Part shown: one piece after another, positions 21,940 through 34,563 of the stretch | Position numbering within the stretch: position 1 is the first letter of the stretch | Layout of the letters: every line of letters starts with the position of its first letter | Assembly (NCBI GenBank): GCA_043228905.1 | Contig: JBHGNT010000016.1 | Coordinates: 5,890,001-5,954,000, forward strand | Direction: 5' to 3' | DNA length: 64,000 bases | Source of the DNA: Azolla caroliniana | Taxonomy: Eukaryota > Plantae > Polypodiophyta | Program-made: the position numbers and the translations under genes | Notes under the pieces: model-generated | Told to the model about the DNA's origin: nothing | Seen by the model: the letters and a program-made list of their open reading frames with translations, nothing else | The model's database searches: none

Positions 21940-24900
21940 ATGGAAGGCGGCAGCAGCGGGCAGCCGGGAATGATGGTGCTGAATGCGCAAAATTACGCCG
22001 ACTGGAAGATCAAGATGGAGGATCTTCTGATTGTTCGGGACCTGTACGAACCGATTGACAGGTCGGAAATACCGAAGGGAGTACTTGAGTCGGAGTGGAA
22101 GCTCCTGAACCGGAAAGCAGTAGCGACGATCCGGCAATATGTCGATGTAAGTGTCCTGCAACATGTGGCGAACGATACGAACGCCTATGAGATGTGGAAG
22201 AAGCTGTCGGGCCTCTATGAGAGGAAGAATGCGTTGAACCGGACCTCCCTGATGAGAAAGATAGTGAACCTCAAGTACCGGGACGGCGAGAGTATGGTGG
22301 AACACGTAAGCACGTTCATGGGATTTGTGAACCAGCTTGCGGCGATCAAGTTCCCGTTGGAGGATGCAATGCAAGCCATCATCCTGATGTGTACATTGCC
22401 GGACAGCTGGGAGAACTTGGTGGTGACTCTCAGCACCTCCTGCACGGAAGACAACTTGTCCCTACAAACGGTAAAGACAAGTATTCTAAATGAAGAAGCG
22501 CGTCAGAGAGATAAAGAACCGGCCTCCGACTCGAAGGCGCTGCTTACCGAATCGGAACGGGGAAGACACTGGAACCGGAGTCCGCAAAGACGGGAGAAGT
22601 CGGGGACCCGGTCGCAGTCAAGAGGAAGACCCATCTGCTTCCACTGTGGGAAGCCGGGGCACTTCCGGAAGAATTGTCGGCATTACCGAAAGGACAACGG
22701 AGCCGACGACACCGATTCGAAGAAGTCACCGGAGAGAAACGGTGCATACCGGGGAGCCACGGACCAGAGAGGTCCGGATCGGCGAGGGCAGGACCGGAAA
22801 GGAACGACGGCACTCGCGGCAAGTGAAGAAGAGATAATGCTCATTACCGAAGAGAGGGAGCTGAACCTTGCCGGCGTAGAGATGACCTGGGTGGTCGATT
22901 CCGGAGCGTCGTTCCACCTGACCCCGGAGAAGAAATACTTCTCATCCTACACAGCCGGTGAGCACGGCTTTGTCCGGATGGGAAATGAAGGTACATGCCG
23001 AATTGCCGGTATAGGAGACGTGTGGCTGATGACATCAACCGGATGCAAGATGCTGTTGAAGGATGTGCGACACGTTCCGGAGGTCCGATTGAACCTGATC
23101 TCGGCCGGGAGGCTAGATGATGAAGGCTACACGGGTAGCATCCGGAACGGCGTAATGAAGTTCAGCAAGGGGAGCCTGATAGTGGCTCGGGCCCGGAAGG
23201 TCAACACTCTGTACCTGATGAATGCCCGGTTATGTCCGGAAGAGCTGAATGTGGCAGCCGACACTGCCGGTGAGCTGTGGCACAAAAGACTGTGCCACAT
23301 GAGTGAGAAGGGGATGAAGAGGCTTGCAGAAGACAACCTTATTCCAGTGAAGCATGTGCACCTGGAGAAGTGCACCGACTGCCTGGCCGGTAAGCAAAAC
23401 CGGACCTCCTTCCACTCAAGGCCACCGACGAGACGTAGCGCACCCTTGGAGCTGGTGCACACTGATGTGTGTCAGGTAGAAACGAAGTCACATGGCGGAG
23501 CCCAGTACTTCGTGACATTCATTGATGATCACAGCCGGAAGCTGTGGACGGCACCGTTGAAGACAAAGGACCAAGTGTTGTCCGTCTTCAGAGAACTCCA
23601 CGCGAGAGTGGAAAGAGAATCCGGCAAGAAGCTGAAAGCGATACGAGCGGATAACGGAGGGGAATACCGGGGGCAGTTCCAGGAGTACTGTCGCTCGAAG
23701 GGAATCCGGCTCGAGTTTACTGTGCCGAAGACGCCGGAACTGAACGGGCTGGCCGAGAGGATGAACCGGACCATAATGGAGAGGGTCCGGAGTATGCTGG
23801 CGCATGCGAAACTACCCAAGGGATTTTGGGCTGAGGCAATGTCGACGGCGACGTATGTGATAAATAGATCACCCTCAGTACCTTTGGACGGAGACACGCC
23901 GCAGAAAGTGTGGACCGGTAAGGAAGTGTCCTACCGGCATCTGAAGGTGTTCGGGTGTCTCACATACGTGCATGTGGCAAAGGACCGGAGAGGAAAGTTA
24001 GATCCAAAGACCCGGCCATGCATATTCCTCGGTTACGGCGACGACGAGTTCGGCTACCGAGTATGGGACCCGGTCGACAAGAAGATATTCAGGAGTCGAG
24101 ATATCATCTTCATGGAGGACAAGACGCTCGCCGACTGGGAGTCGGAGAAGAAGATGAAGAGCTCCAAGTCGACCGGTGAGGATAAACTCTACGAGGAGCA
24201 GTCCCGACCGGCAAGGGACCGGTTAACACTCGAAGACCCGGCCGAAGACGGTGAAGAAACAGAACCGGCCGAAGAAGATGAAAATGATACCGGAACCGGC
24301 CCCGATCCCGAAATGGATTCGGATGAAGAAGAAGAATCGGAAGAACCGGTTACCGAAGCTCCCGAACGGAGATATCCTCTAAGAGAGAGAAGGGCCCCCC
24401 GGAGATTTCCGGAACCAGAGCACGTGCTGCTAACCGACGAGGGGGAGCCGGAGAGCTTTGAAGAAGCAAAGCACGACACCCAGAGCCGCAGGTGGTTAAG
24501 TGCCATGCAGGAGGAGATGGATTCCCTGCATGAGAACCACACATATGAACTTGTGGAGTTGCCGAAAGGAAAGCGGGCACTTCGAAACAAGTGGGTGTTC
24601 AAGCTGAAACCGGGAGATGCCGGAAACCCCCCGAGATACAAAGCCAGGATCGTGGTGAAGGGGTTCCAGCAGAAGAAGGGCGTCGACTTCGACGAGATAT
24701 TTGCCCCGGTAGTGAAGATGACCTCTATCCGGACGGTGCTGAGCATAGCGGCAAGCATGGACCTCGAGGTAGAACAGATGGACGTGAAGACGGCATTCCT
24801 TCACGGTGACCTCGAAGAAGAGATCTACATGCAGCAACCGGAAGGATTCGAGAAGAAAGGGAAGGAGCACCTGGTATGCCGGTTGAAGAAGAGCCTTTAC

Positions 24901-26016
24901 GGATTGAAGCAGGCTCCCCGGCAATGGTACCGGAAGTTCGACTCCTTTATGACCGACGAAGGGTACAACAAAACGCAGTCCGATCACTGCGTGTTTGTGA
25001 AGAAGTTCGAAGGAGGAGACTCGCTAATACTCCTCCTGTACGTGGACGACATGTTGATCATCGGACGGGACCAGGTCAAGATACGGATGCTGAAGAAGGC
25101 TCTTCACCAAACCTTCTCAATGAAGGACCTGGGTCCGGCGAGGCAAATACTAGGGATGCACATCATCCGGGACCGGAAGAAGAAGCAGTTGTGGCTGTCA
25201 CAGGAGAAGTACGTGACGAAGGTGCTTCACCGGTTCAACATGTCGGAAGCAAGACCGGTCGGATCGACCCTCCCGGCAAACTGCAAGCTGTCCAACAAGC
25301 AAAGTCCCAAGACAAAGGCTGAAAAGGAGGATATGATGAAAGTGCCGTATGCCTCAGCCGTCGGGAGCTTGATGTACGCCATGGTGTGTACGAGACCGGA
25401 CATAGGATATGCAGTCGGAGTGGTGAGCCGGTACATGAGCAATCCCGGCAAAGAGCATTGGAACGCGGTCAAGTGGACACTCCGATACCTGAAGGGCACG
25501 GCAAACGTGTGCCTTCGATTCGGCTCCGGTAAGCCCCAACTCGACGGCTTCACCGATTCGGATATGTCGGCTGATGCAGATACCAGCCGGTCCACATCAG
25601 GGTATGTGATGACCTATGCAGGGGGAGCCGTTTCGTGGCAGTCGAGGTTGCAGAAGACGGTTGCGTTGTCAACCACGGAGGCGGAGTACATGGCAGCTGT
25701 TGAAGCCGGCAAGGAGATAATATGGATGAAGGACTTCATTAGAGAGCTCGGTATCCAACAGGAGGAGTACCGACTCTACTGCGACAGTCAGAGTGCCATC
25801 CACCTTGCGAAGAACGCGGCCTACCATTCCCGGACGAAACACATCCAGCGGAGATACCACTGGATCCGGGAGAGGATAGAAGACGAGGAGTTCGTGCTAA
25901 CGAAGATCCACACTGACGAGAACGGGTCGGATATGCTGACCAAGGTGCTCACACCCGACAAGCTGGAAGCATGCCGGAAGAGGATCGGATTGGAGAGACA
26001 TCCCATGCCGAAGTGA
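21940..26016 (+). CDS. gag-pol: Copia polyprotein, 1358 aa, close paralogue of 14982-19055
   Basis: Uninterrupted ORF with CCHC, DSG, INT DDE, YVDD and RNase H motifs. Confidence 0.97.
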   Translation: MEGGSSGQPGMMVLNAQNYADWKIKMEDLLIVRDLYEPIDRSEIPKGVLESEWKLLNRKAVATIRQYVDVSVLQHVANDTNAYEMWKKLSGLYERKNALNRTSLMRKIVNLKYRDGESMVEHVSTFMGFVNQLAAIKFPLEDAMQAIILMCTLPDSWENLVVTLSTSCTEDNLSLQTVKTSILNEEARQRDKEPASDSKALLTESERGRHWNRSPQRREKSGTRSQSRGRPICFHCGKPGHFRKNCRHYRKDNGADDTDSKKSPERNGAYRGATDQRGPDRRGQDRKGTTALAASEEEIMLITEERELNLAGVEMTWVVDSGASFHLTPEKKYFSSYTAGEHGFVRMGNEGTCRIAGIGDVWLMTSTGCKMLLKDVRHVPEVRLNLISAGRLDDEGYTGSIRNGVMKFSKGSLIVARARKVNTLYLMNARLCPEELNVAADTAGELWHKRLCHMSEKGMKRLAEDNLIPVKHVHLEKCTDCLAGKQNRTSFHSRPPTRRSAPLELVHTDVCQVETKSHGGAQYFVTFIDDHSRKLWTAPLKTKDQVLSVFRELHARVERESGKKLKAIRADNGGEYRGQFQEYCRSKGIRLEFTVPKTPELNGLAERMNRTIMERVRSMLAHAKLPKGFWAEAMSTATYVINRSPSVPLDGDTPQKVWTGKEVSYRHLKVFGCLTYVHVAKDRRGKLDPKTRPCIFLGYGDDEFGYRVWDPVDKKIFRSRDIIFMEDKTLADWESEKKMKSSKSTGEDKLYEEQSRPARDRLTLEDPAEDGEETEPAEEDENDTGTGPDPEMDSDEEEESEEPVTEAPERRYPLRERRAPRRFPEPEHVLLTDEGEPESFEEAKHDTQSRRWLSAMQEEMDSLHENHTYELVELPKGKRALRNKWVFKLKPGDAGNPPRYKARIVVKGFQQKKGVDFDEIFAPVVKMTSIRTVLSIAASMDLEVEQMDVKTAFLHGDLEEEIYMQQPEGFEKKGKEHLVCRLKKSLYGLKQAPRQWYRKFDSFMTDEGYNKTQSDHCVFVKKFEGGDSLILLLYVDDMLIIGRDQVKIRMLKKALHQTFSMKDLGPARQILGMHIIRDRKKKQLWLSQEKYVTKVLHRFNMSEARPVGSTLPANCKLSNKQSPKTKAEKEDMMKVPYASAVGSLMYAMVCTRPDIGYAVGVVSRYMSNPGKEHWNAVKWTLRYLKGTANVCLRFGSGKPQLDGFTDSDMSADADTSRSTSGYVMTYAGGAVSWQSRLQKTVALSTTEAEYMAAVEAGKEIIWMKDFIRELGIQQEEYRLYCDSQSAIHLAKNAAYHSRTKHIQRRYHWIRERIEDEEFVLTKIHTDENGSDMLTKVLTPDKLEACRKRIGLERHPMPK

Positions 26017-27590
26017 AGGGGGAGTTTGTTGGGATTACGGTCCCTCCGGATGGGATGTCCGGAGATGAATGACGGCAAGCCCGGTTGCGGTTACGGAACC
26101 GGATGATGAAGAGTACCCGGCATGAAGCCGGATGAAGAGTACCCGGATGCGGATCCGGATGATGAAGAGTACCCGGCATGAAGCCGGATGAAGGGTACCC
26201 GGATACGGATCCGGATGATGAAGACCCCGGCTACGGAGCCGGATGACGAATGTACCCGGAGAGAGATCCGGATGCAGGGACATATTTGTGAATATGTTTG
26301 CTAAGAGCCCTTGAGGCTATATTTGTAAATATCCCGAAAGTCATATATGTATAAATATGACTTAGGGCTAACAGTTTTATGTTGTTGTTGCTTATTTTTC
26401 ATGAGAAGTGAGAGCAGCCGAGAGAGAGAGAGAGAGAGAGAGACGAAGAGGTCGTTGCCTCTGTGTATTACCGCCGCCTGTGGCGAGGACAGTGAGCTCA
26501 AGGTTGTTGCCTTGTAGCTTCACCATTGTACATCCCTGTTCATAGTGATAGTTGGAGGTTGAGGACTCCCGTGGTTTTTTTTATTTAGGGTTTTCACGTA
26601 AAACATCCAGTGTACCTTTCTCTCAGTTGTCTTCGTGCATATTGTATTTCCCGTTTTCTGTGACTTGATCGATCCAGTTCCTCGGTTGTGGCCGAGCACT
26701 GGTTCAATATCTTGGAATTCCTTTTCTCCCTTGTCCGAGACCCCCGTGGTCCCGCCCCCTTCTACACGCACGTGCGTAATAACACGACATATTTGGTGAA
26801 CTCGACGTGAAGGGGCGGCAAGGCAGAATGGAGTTGGAAGGAGACGACTTCGCGCAACTTTTTGTCGAAGCGGTGAGGGAGTTTGGACGAGCAACAACAA
26901 GAAGAGAGACGACGCAACATGCTGTTGAGCGAGTGGTCGAAAGAGTCGGCCGTTTCAACGGGGACAAGGTCCCATTCTACTTGGAAGCCTACAATGTGGA
27001 AATGGAGGAGCGAGACGTAGACGAGTTGTTGAGGTTGGAGTTCTTCTGTCGGGTCATTGTCGTCTGTATGCACGCGGAAGTGAAGGAGCTCCGAGAAGCG
27101 CATAGTTCGTAGGAGGCCTTCGAAGAGGGGCTCCTACAGGCATATGGAGGACGACGGAAGAGCCGGCGACGACGCGGCTTCGACCAGTGGGTGGCATCGG
27201 CGAAGACCTACCGGGGCGCAATGAAGGCATTTCGAGAGTTCGAGCAACGGCTTGCTCGGCTACCGGAACGGGAACAAGGTTTGGTGGGGCGGACAAAGTC
27301 CTGTTGTTTGTTAAGTCGATCGACCGAGCGGAACAGGAGGCCATCGGGATTGAGCTCAAAGACGAGGACGGAGCGAATGGCCTTACGGAGGACTGGTCGA
27401 AGGTCGAAGGGGTATGCCAACGGCTAGATGACGACTGGGCCGAGAAGGCTAAGAGGAAGGCACGCGACAACGCGCAATCATAGTAGGAAGAGGTCGAACG
27501 ACAAAGAGAGTCAACATGGCTCGGCTTCGAGGCCAAGATTGCGAAGGCGTACACAACTCTCGAGGCGATGCTCGAGGAAGAGGAAAGATC

Positions 27591-28334
27591 TGTTAGGAAA
27601 CAGGTCCCTCCGGATTGGAAGTGAGAAGAACAGTACTGATGAGCAAACTCGGCTGAGGCCGATAGGTCGAGGCCGATAGGCCGAGGCCGAAACCGGATGA
27701 CGAGTACCCGGCTACAGAAGACCCGGTGAGAATCGGATGACGAGTACCCGGCAAGAGCTGGATGGTGAAGACCCGGTGAGAACCGGATGTGTAGTACCCG
27801 GCAACGGAAGACCCGGTGAGAACCAGATGACGTGTGCCCGGCAAGCACCGGATGATGCAGGCCCGGTGAGGAGTGTTCACCGGATGAAGGGACATATTTG
27901 TAAATATGTTTCTGAGAGTCCATTAGGGCTATATTTGTAAATAGCCGAAAAGTCATATTAGTATAAATATGACTTAGGGCAAACTTAGTACAAGAGGTTG
28001 TTGTCATTCTTGTTGGTGTAAGATTAGAGCGCGTAACAGTGTACAAAGAGAGTGAGAGAGAGGAAGAGGTCATTGCCTCTGTTGTAACCGCCGCCTGTGG
28101 TGAAGATAGCAAGCTCGAGGTCGTGGCCTCGGTGCTTTCCTATTGTACATTCTGATATAGTGATAGTTTGCGGTCTGTGGGCTGCCGTGGTTTTTCCCGA
28201 GTTTGGGTTTTCCACGTAAACATCCTGTGTACTCTTCTCTCCATTGTGTTGTGCTTTCATTCCCCGTTTTCTGTGTTTTATTCTGGGCTCGATTGTGGCC
28301 GAGCGTTGTTCATCCGGAGCGTGTACTCCTGTCA
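27591..28334 (+). mobile_element. Copia solo LTR (A/B family) inserted in the gag of element I
   Basis: TGTTAGG...CCTGTCA with TSD AGATC. The host sequence rejoins as in the sister element at 48785. Confidence 0.92.
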
Positions 28335-30730
28335 AGATCGAGGCCGCAAATTGACGCCGAGGAGACGGACCTGGCCCATGAGATGGCAGAAGATTGTTAT
28401 GACGGTACCACGGAAGAGGGTGTGGAGCAAGCCACCCTCTTGACACGTGGAGACAGACGACCCAGGAAGAGGGTCGGGAAGACGAGAAGCCCAAGGAGGA
28501 TCCTTCACACCGGATCTACAGACTTTGGCAGTCGGCAGCGGAGTCGGCGTAAGACCAAGAGACTGACGGTGGCGGCGAGGGGACAAGGGCAAAGGCAACG
28601 AAAGTGCATTCCTATGGGATCCTCACACCAATCCGGAGACACCGGTATTTCAAGATGACGTGGCAACGTGAGACCGAATGAGAAGGATGGTGGTGGCAGG
28701 AAACGGGAACCGGAGATGAAGGGACCACGGATGGGCGGTATATGGAGATCCTCACACCAATTCGGCGGTTGGCCCGAGTGTCGGCGTGAGTCCTATAGGA
28801 AAGGACGGTGGCGGCAGGTGAACGTAATCGGTTGGCGAAGGCAGAACAACAAGGAGGTATCAGGCCGGTGAGACAACCACAAACCGAAGCAGACCTTCCG
28901 GCAAGGTCATGAGGATAAAGGAAGCCGATCCTACGGGGTCCTCACACCGGTTCCGGAGACCTTGGTAGTGCAAGCCAGTGAGGCGACGTAAGACAAGGAG
29001 AAAGACGGTGGCGGCGGGAAACGGGGCCCGGCAACAACGAATGTCGGCAAGACGGGGTAGTCGGGGTGCGAAACCTTTATCGGCCGATTACGATTTCCGA
29101 AGAGTCGGCAAGGTAAGCATGAAGTGGTGTGCCGGGCCAGAAAGGCACACCCAGAGCTGAAGAAGGATTGTGCAAGTGGCCACGAAGAGCCGAATCAAAG
29201 CACGACTAAGGGACGACGTTCGGTGCAGGTGGCACCGAACGAGGGAACAGAAGACGACACACAATGATGCCGAGAACATGGACGAGGGCGTGCTACATGT
29301 TGCACGGTTGAAGACATGAGGCAATATCAAGGTTCGAAGGAGGATCCACCACACTTGCTTCGGAGATCTCGGCGGCTCAGTCGGAGTGGCAACGACTGGC
29401 GTGGCGTGCCAAACCCGAGATAACAAGCTAGTGGGGCGAGGGGATGATGACAAGCGGAAGGCTCCAAACTAGTGGCAACGGCGCAAGATGGAAGTGGTAA
29501 AGCGGGCTGCTACGGGGTGTTCCTCGGACGCAGAGGACACCGGTACACGGAGAAGTGGCGATGCACAATCTGGCCGGGCGAGGGCCAACAACGTGTGCAT
29601 AAGGAGTAACCGGAGCTCGGCACGGACAGTGCCGAGCACAAGAAGGGGATGCGCGGCACACAGAGGTGCTAGAGAGGAAATACAAGCGCGAAGAGAGGTT
29701 GCCAGTCCAGGTGATCTCGCATAGAAGGCCGGAGAGGGACCCTCCACACTGGTTCCGGAGACTTTGGCAGTTCAAGCCACCGAGGCAACGTAAGACCAAG
29801 GAGAAGGAAGGTGGCGGCGAGGGGACGAAGGCGATGGGCAACAACACGGAATGGCAACCAGGATGACGCGAAGGGCACCGACATGGAGGTCGGGGTGACG
29901 TCACGCGCTACCGTGAAAGAGCGCGTAACGAAGGGAATCGGTACGAGGTGTTCGGGGCTAGGAGAGTGTCGAGCCGAAGATGGAACACACACGGTACGCG
30001 AGGGGCGGCATTTGGCGAGGAATCGAAGTAACCGGAGGACGTGCACGGCGAGCAAAGGAAGAGAGACCGGATCGGCAACGGTGTTCGGGAGGGCCTGTCG
30101 AAGAAGAAGGTGCGTGCGGCGGGTGGGTCGGATGGAGCTGATGGATCAAGGCCGATAACGAGCCAACGAGAGGGTCGGGTGCCGGTAAGGCGGAGGACCC
30201 GGTTAATCACCGACACCGAAATCTCTCACCCTTTTCCGAACTTGGCACGTACCGGTGGATGTCGCGAAGAATTTCGGCTATAGTGTGAAACTGGGGTGGA
30301 ATGGGCAAGTCAGTGGTGTGCAACATGTGCACATGTATAGTAGGAAACAGTGTATAGAAAAAGGGGAGTATTTGTCCCACATTGTAACGCCCTCCCCTAC
30401 TTGGGCTATAAAAGGAAGGGAGGGGTTGCCCATTTTGAGTCATAAGGGTATACCATTTTGTAGAGGGTCGTTTTGTTAAGGATTTCTAGGGTTAGTAATT
30501 GTCTTGTGGGCTTCTTCTTCTTCTCCTTCTTGAGAAGTCGGGCACCACAGCTATGGCGGCAAAGCTGTTAGGTTAACTTCCTTTCTTGGGAGCGTAGCCG
30601 GCTCGATGTCGGGGTTGTATCTTTCCGCTGTAATATATATACTTATACCTATTTGTGCATATTGGTGTATTTGGCGGTGTCGGGAACATAGCCCTTGTTC
30701 CCTGTGCATAAGAGTCGGCGTCCTGCGCAT

Positions 30731-30777
<47 letters not shown>

Positions 30778-31055
30778 TTCGGTGTCGGTTTTTTGGCATC
30801 CCTTTTCTCCCTCATCCGAGACCCCCGTGGTCCTGCCCCCTTCTACACGCACACGCGTAATAACGCGACAAAGTTTCTTGTTGATCATTTAACGTGTTGC
30901 TCCGATCTTGGCTGAGCCGTTTGTGCCCTGTGCATCTTGAAACCTAATGCCCTACGTGCCCTCCGTCTATCTTATTCTTCTTTTTCTTGAACTCTTCGGT
31001 CTGAGGCCCCCATGGTCTCGCCTAGCTTCGCACACGCATGCGTAGTTACATGACA

Positions 31056-32801
31056 ACGTGGTGTCAAATAGGGGGTAACCCTTCAACAAGCACAAGATGA
31101 GGTATTGCAGGTGTCGATGGTGCAAACGTGAGTCAAGTATTTGGTAGACCTCGTATTCCTCCCCTATCGTCAACTGCACAGGTGGTGGAGGGGGGGTGGG
31201 GTTGCGAAGCATAATGGGGTTTGAGGAGGGAGACATGAAAAACATCATGAATATGGAAGTGGGATGGAAGGGCCAGTCGGAAGGTGACGGGATTGATGCG
31301 TTCAACTATACGGAATGGTTCCAAATTCTTGTAATCAAGTTTCACACATGGAAGAGTAGTAGAGATGTGTCGTAACAACCAGACCATGTCGCCGACGACA
31401 AAGGGTGGAGTGACAGAGCGATGGCGATCAACGTGCTTCTTGTATCGTTCGCTAGCAAGACTAAGCTCTAAGGATAAGTCACGATGTAGCTCTCTGCCCA
31501 AGGGTTCACAGAAGTGGTAGGGAGGGAAATGTTGAATTGAGGATGTAAACCATAGTTTGGAAAGAATAGAGTGATGCCAATCAATGCATGGAGAGAATTA
31601 TCTTCTGAAAGTAAGTTGACCCAATCATCTTGGTGGTAACTAATAGAGCACCGAAGATACTGATCAAGGATTTGGTTGACGCACTCCGTCTTACTGTCAG
31701 TTTGGGGGTGATAGGTGAGGAACAACTTGACGAAGTGCCTAAACTGTGCAGCAAGCCATGCCATAAGTGAGCGACAAATTGGGGTCCGCGATCGGAGATG
31801 ACATCGTGGGGGAGTAGATGCGCCATTCCTTCTCCGGAAATGGTTTTTGAGCATGGAGTGAAGTCAGCAATCTTTGTAAACCAATCAACAACGACCAACA
31901 CCAAGTAGTAGCTATTGACCAAGGGTAGATTGGTGATCAGATCCATAGAGATAGAGGCCTAGGGACAACTAGGGCATGGAAGCAACTGGAGTAAACTGTA
32001 TGACCGATGATGAGCAGCTTTCGAGCGATTGTAAACCTCACAAGACTTGATGTATTCTTTGACCAACTTCCATGGTTGTGGCCACCAGTACCCCCGAGAG
32101 ATTAGTTCGAGGGTTTTTGCAACCCCAAAATGACCCACAAGGGGGTCATCGTGGCATTCCCGCAATACCCGGGTGCGACATGGGTCCTCTGGTTCATCCG
32201 TTTGGGTGTCGTGGAGGGGTTTCGTAGACTAACTCAAATCTCATTAGTGAACGCATTGGTTTCGAACGCATCGGTGATCTGTTGGAATAACGAATCATCC
32301 TGCAACATACAAGTGGCAAAAATATGCAATTGGTCCGGTTTCAACAAAGAACAAGATTGTTGGGCATGAGCGGCATCCCCAGGGCGGATAGCAAGTTCGG
32401 CTCGACGAGAAAGGGCATTGGCCTTCCCATGTTGGGCACTAGGTCGAAATACGATCTGAAAATCATAGTTAGCGAGAAATGTCGACCATCGGGCTTGCCT
32501 TCAATTCAATTACAAGTGGTGGAAAAATAAACTAAATTCTTATAATCAGTTACTACTTGGACACAATGTTATGCGCCAGCCAAGTAGGGGCACCATTCTT
32601 CAAAGGTAGCAATGATAGCAACAAGCTCATTGTCATATATTCGATAATTGATTTCGGACGTCATCAATTCGTGGGAGTAGTAAGCCACTAGGTGCATTAT
32701 GTTGGTGTCATCGACCTGGGATAAGATGGCGCGAATTGCAAAGTCAAAGGCATCAGTTTCGACTTGGAAGGGTCTTGTGGGGTCGGTGTGTAGAAGCACG
32801 A
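31056..32801 (-). pseudogene. pol: Chromovirus G RNaseH-INT-chromodomain (decayed)
   Basis: Motifs PFQVETDA, EINYRIYDNELVAI, CHDDPLVGHFG, SDRGPQF and EEYEVYQILDS, with many frameshifts. Confidence 0.88.
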
Positions 32802-33699
32802 TGTCGTGAGGAATTCCAGCTACTAGGAGAAATAGAGACGTATGCGCGTGAATGAGGTGGAGCACCGGTGCACACAAAACTGTCTTTATGTACAAACGTG
32901 TGTAAATAACGTAGTAATAGTGGAGTGTTGAGGAATACTAGGTAGTAAGGATTTGATAGGTACTTTATGACCACACAAATAGAGGAATAAATTTGATCGA
33001 TTGGAGGAAATCGAGGGGAGAATTTGAGTGAAAAGCGGTTGTCTTACAGCTGATGTAACGGTCTCTCCCTCTTTGAGCTATAAAATGAGGGAGAGAAGAC
33101 TAAGGGGGGCATCCATGTTTTGGAGAAGGAAATGTTGTCCAACCGAGCTCTGCAGACTTCCATTTCTCTCATTCTCTATTTAAGTTTCGGTTGTGTTGCG
33201 AGGCCTCCATTTCGCGTTGGTAGCCCGTGTGCTTCTGATTGGAGGCTCATTGTCGCCTGTGTGGGTGTGTGTGCGTGGAGCATGAAGCTCTTTTACCTGT
33301 CGCGACCGGCAATAACATTCTGGGTCTCTCTATTAATATATAGTTTGTTGTGTTTATTCTTGTGTTTGTTGTGTCCTAAGTCGTGTTCTTATCTCCGTTC
33401 TAATCCTGTTACGTGTGTATCCGTGCGGTTGAGCCCGTGAGCTCGTTGTTGTTTTGCGGCTACCAGTCGGGAGCAGCATTTGTCTCTGACCGTGAGCGCT
33501 CACCGTCTAGTATCCAGGAATCGATCCGGACAGGATACGTGTATTGGAACCGACCCGGACAACCTTCCCTCTATCAATGGCTCTTTGGTTCGAGACCTCG
33601 GTGGCCCCGCCTCATTTAAACACATACCCACAGAAAACCTCGACATATTTGGTGAACCCGACGTGAACAAGGGCAGTAGAGGAGTGCGAAGGCGGGAGA

Positions 33700-34237
33700 C
33701 GCCAGGAGGAGCCGGATGCAATGTTCAGTAACCATTAACTCAACGATCTGACCTCAAGTTGAGCTTGAGGGGGAGTGTTGAGCGGACAAGCTCAACCGGA
33801 TACGGATCAGTTGAATAAGCCGGAGCCAAATCGGTATCCAGAATGGAGAACCGGATAGGTATCCGAATCGGTATCTAGAACCAAGACTCGGATTTGAGAG
33901 ATGGATTGGATTGTACCAGTAGGCCGTTAGAGGCCTACAATCTTGGCCTAGTACATAGGCATATTCCTTGGAGTTAGTGTCAGTTGCTCATATGCGCATT
34001 GAAGTACTTGTCAGCACCTCTGTTTGTCCGTTTAAGGACTTGTATAAAAAGTGTTCTGTCGGACAATTATGTGTACAAAGAGTTACTATTTTTTAATTGA
34101 GTTTATGCTATTCTGCTCTCTCTGTCTCTCTCGTGTACTGTGTATTCTTAAGCTTTCATCAAACCTTCATCTCTATTTTACTGTTGTTATCCGGCTAAGA
34201 CGGTTTGTCTACAAGCTTCCGCATATTAACTTTGATA
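33700..34237 (+). mobile_element. Copia 3' end + LTR (33776-34237), double-PPT family
   Basis: GACCTCAAGTTGAGCTTGAGGGGGAG-TGTTGAGCG is identical to 60033-60067. Confidence 0.8.
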
Positions 34238-34563
34238 GTGCGCAATCTCTAGATCGCGCAAGCCCGGAGGGATGACAGTCGCGTGACCGGAGGCCTTTGA
34301 GCAACCAACAATGCATGTGGTGTGATGCAATCAGCCACATCCGGAGAGAGTGCACTAATTTTGCCGAAGCACTCAAGAACAATGTTGTGTACCTCTAGAA
34401 CGGATGAGTACATGCATGCGATACACAAAGGCCCCTCGAGGTGAACATTGGCTGGGGCGGAATGAAGAGACTAATGGAGGAAGTCGCAGCCCAGAACGCC
34501 GAGGCCATTCACTACTCGGTGTCGGCAGGGATCCGAGTAGGCAATGTGACACCGAGTAGGCAA

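Larger units (their letters stand above)
21228..26709 (+). mobile_element. Intact Ty1/Copia element B with TG...TA LTR termini
   Basis: LTRs 21228-21908 and 26027-26709 differ visibly only by one GA unit. TSD TCTTG, iMet PBS 21912-21923, PPT GAAGGGGGAG. Confidence 0.97.
20634..30870 (+). mobile_element. Non-autonomous gag-only Trp-primed LTR element I
   Basis: 5' LTR 20634-21227 + 26715-26789, PBS 26794-26811, gag fragment from 26828 (VGRFNGDKVPFYLEAY), repeat-rich interior without pol, 3' LTR 30260-30870. Flanks GCGT/AAGT match imperfectly. Confidence 0.85.
20182..31055 (+). mobile_element. Phygy-like solo LTR (20182-20633 + 30871-31055), split by nested elements
   Basis: Starts TGTCGTGG and ends CATGACA. 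TSD ACAT/ACGT; removing the insert restores the chromodomain T-W-E-P codons. Confidence 0.8.
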
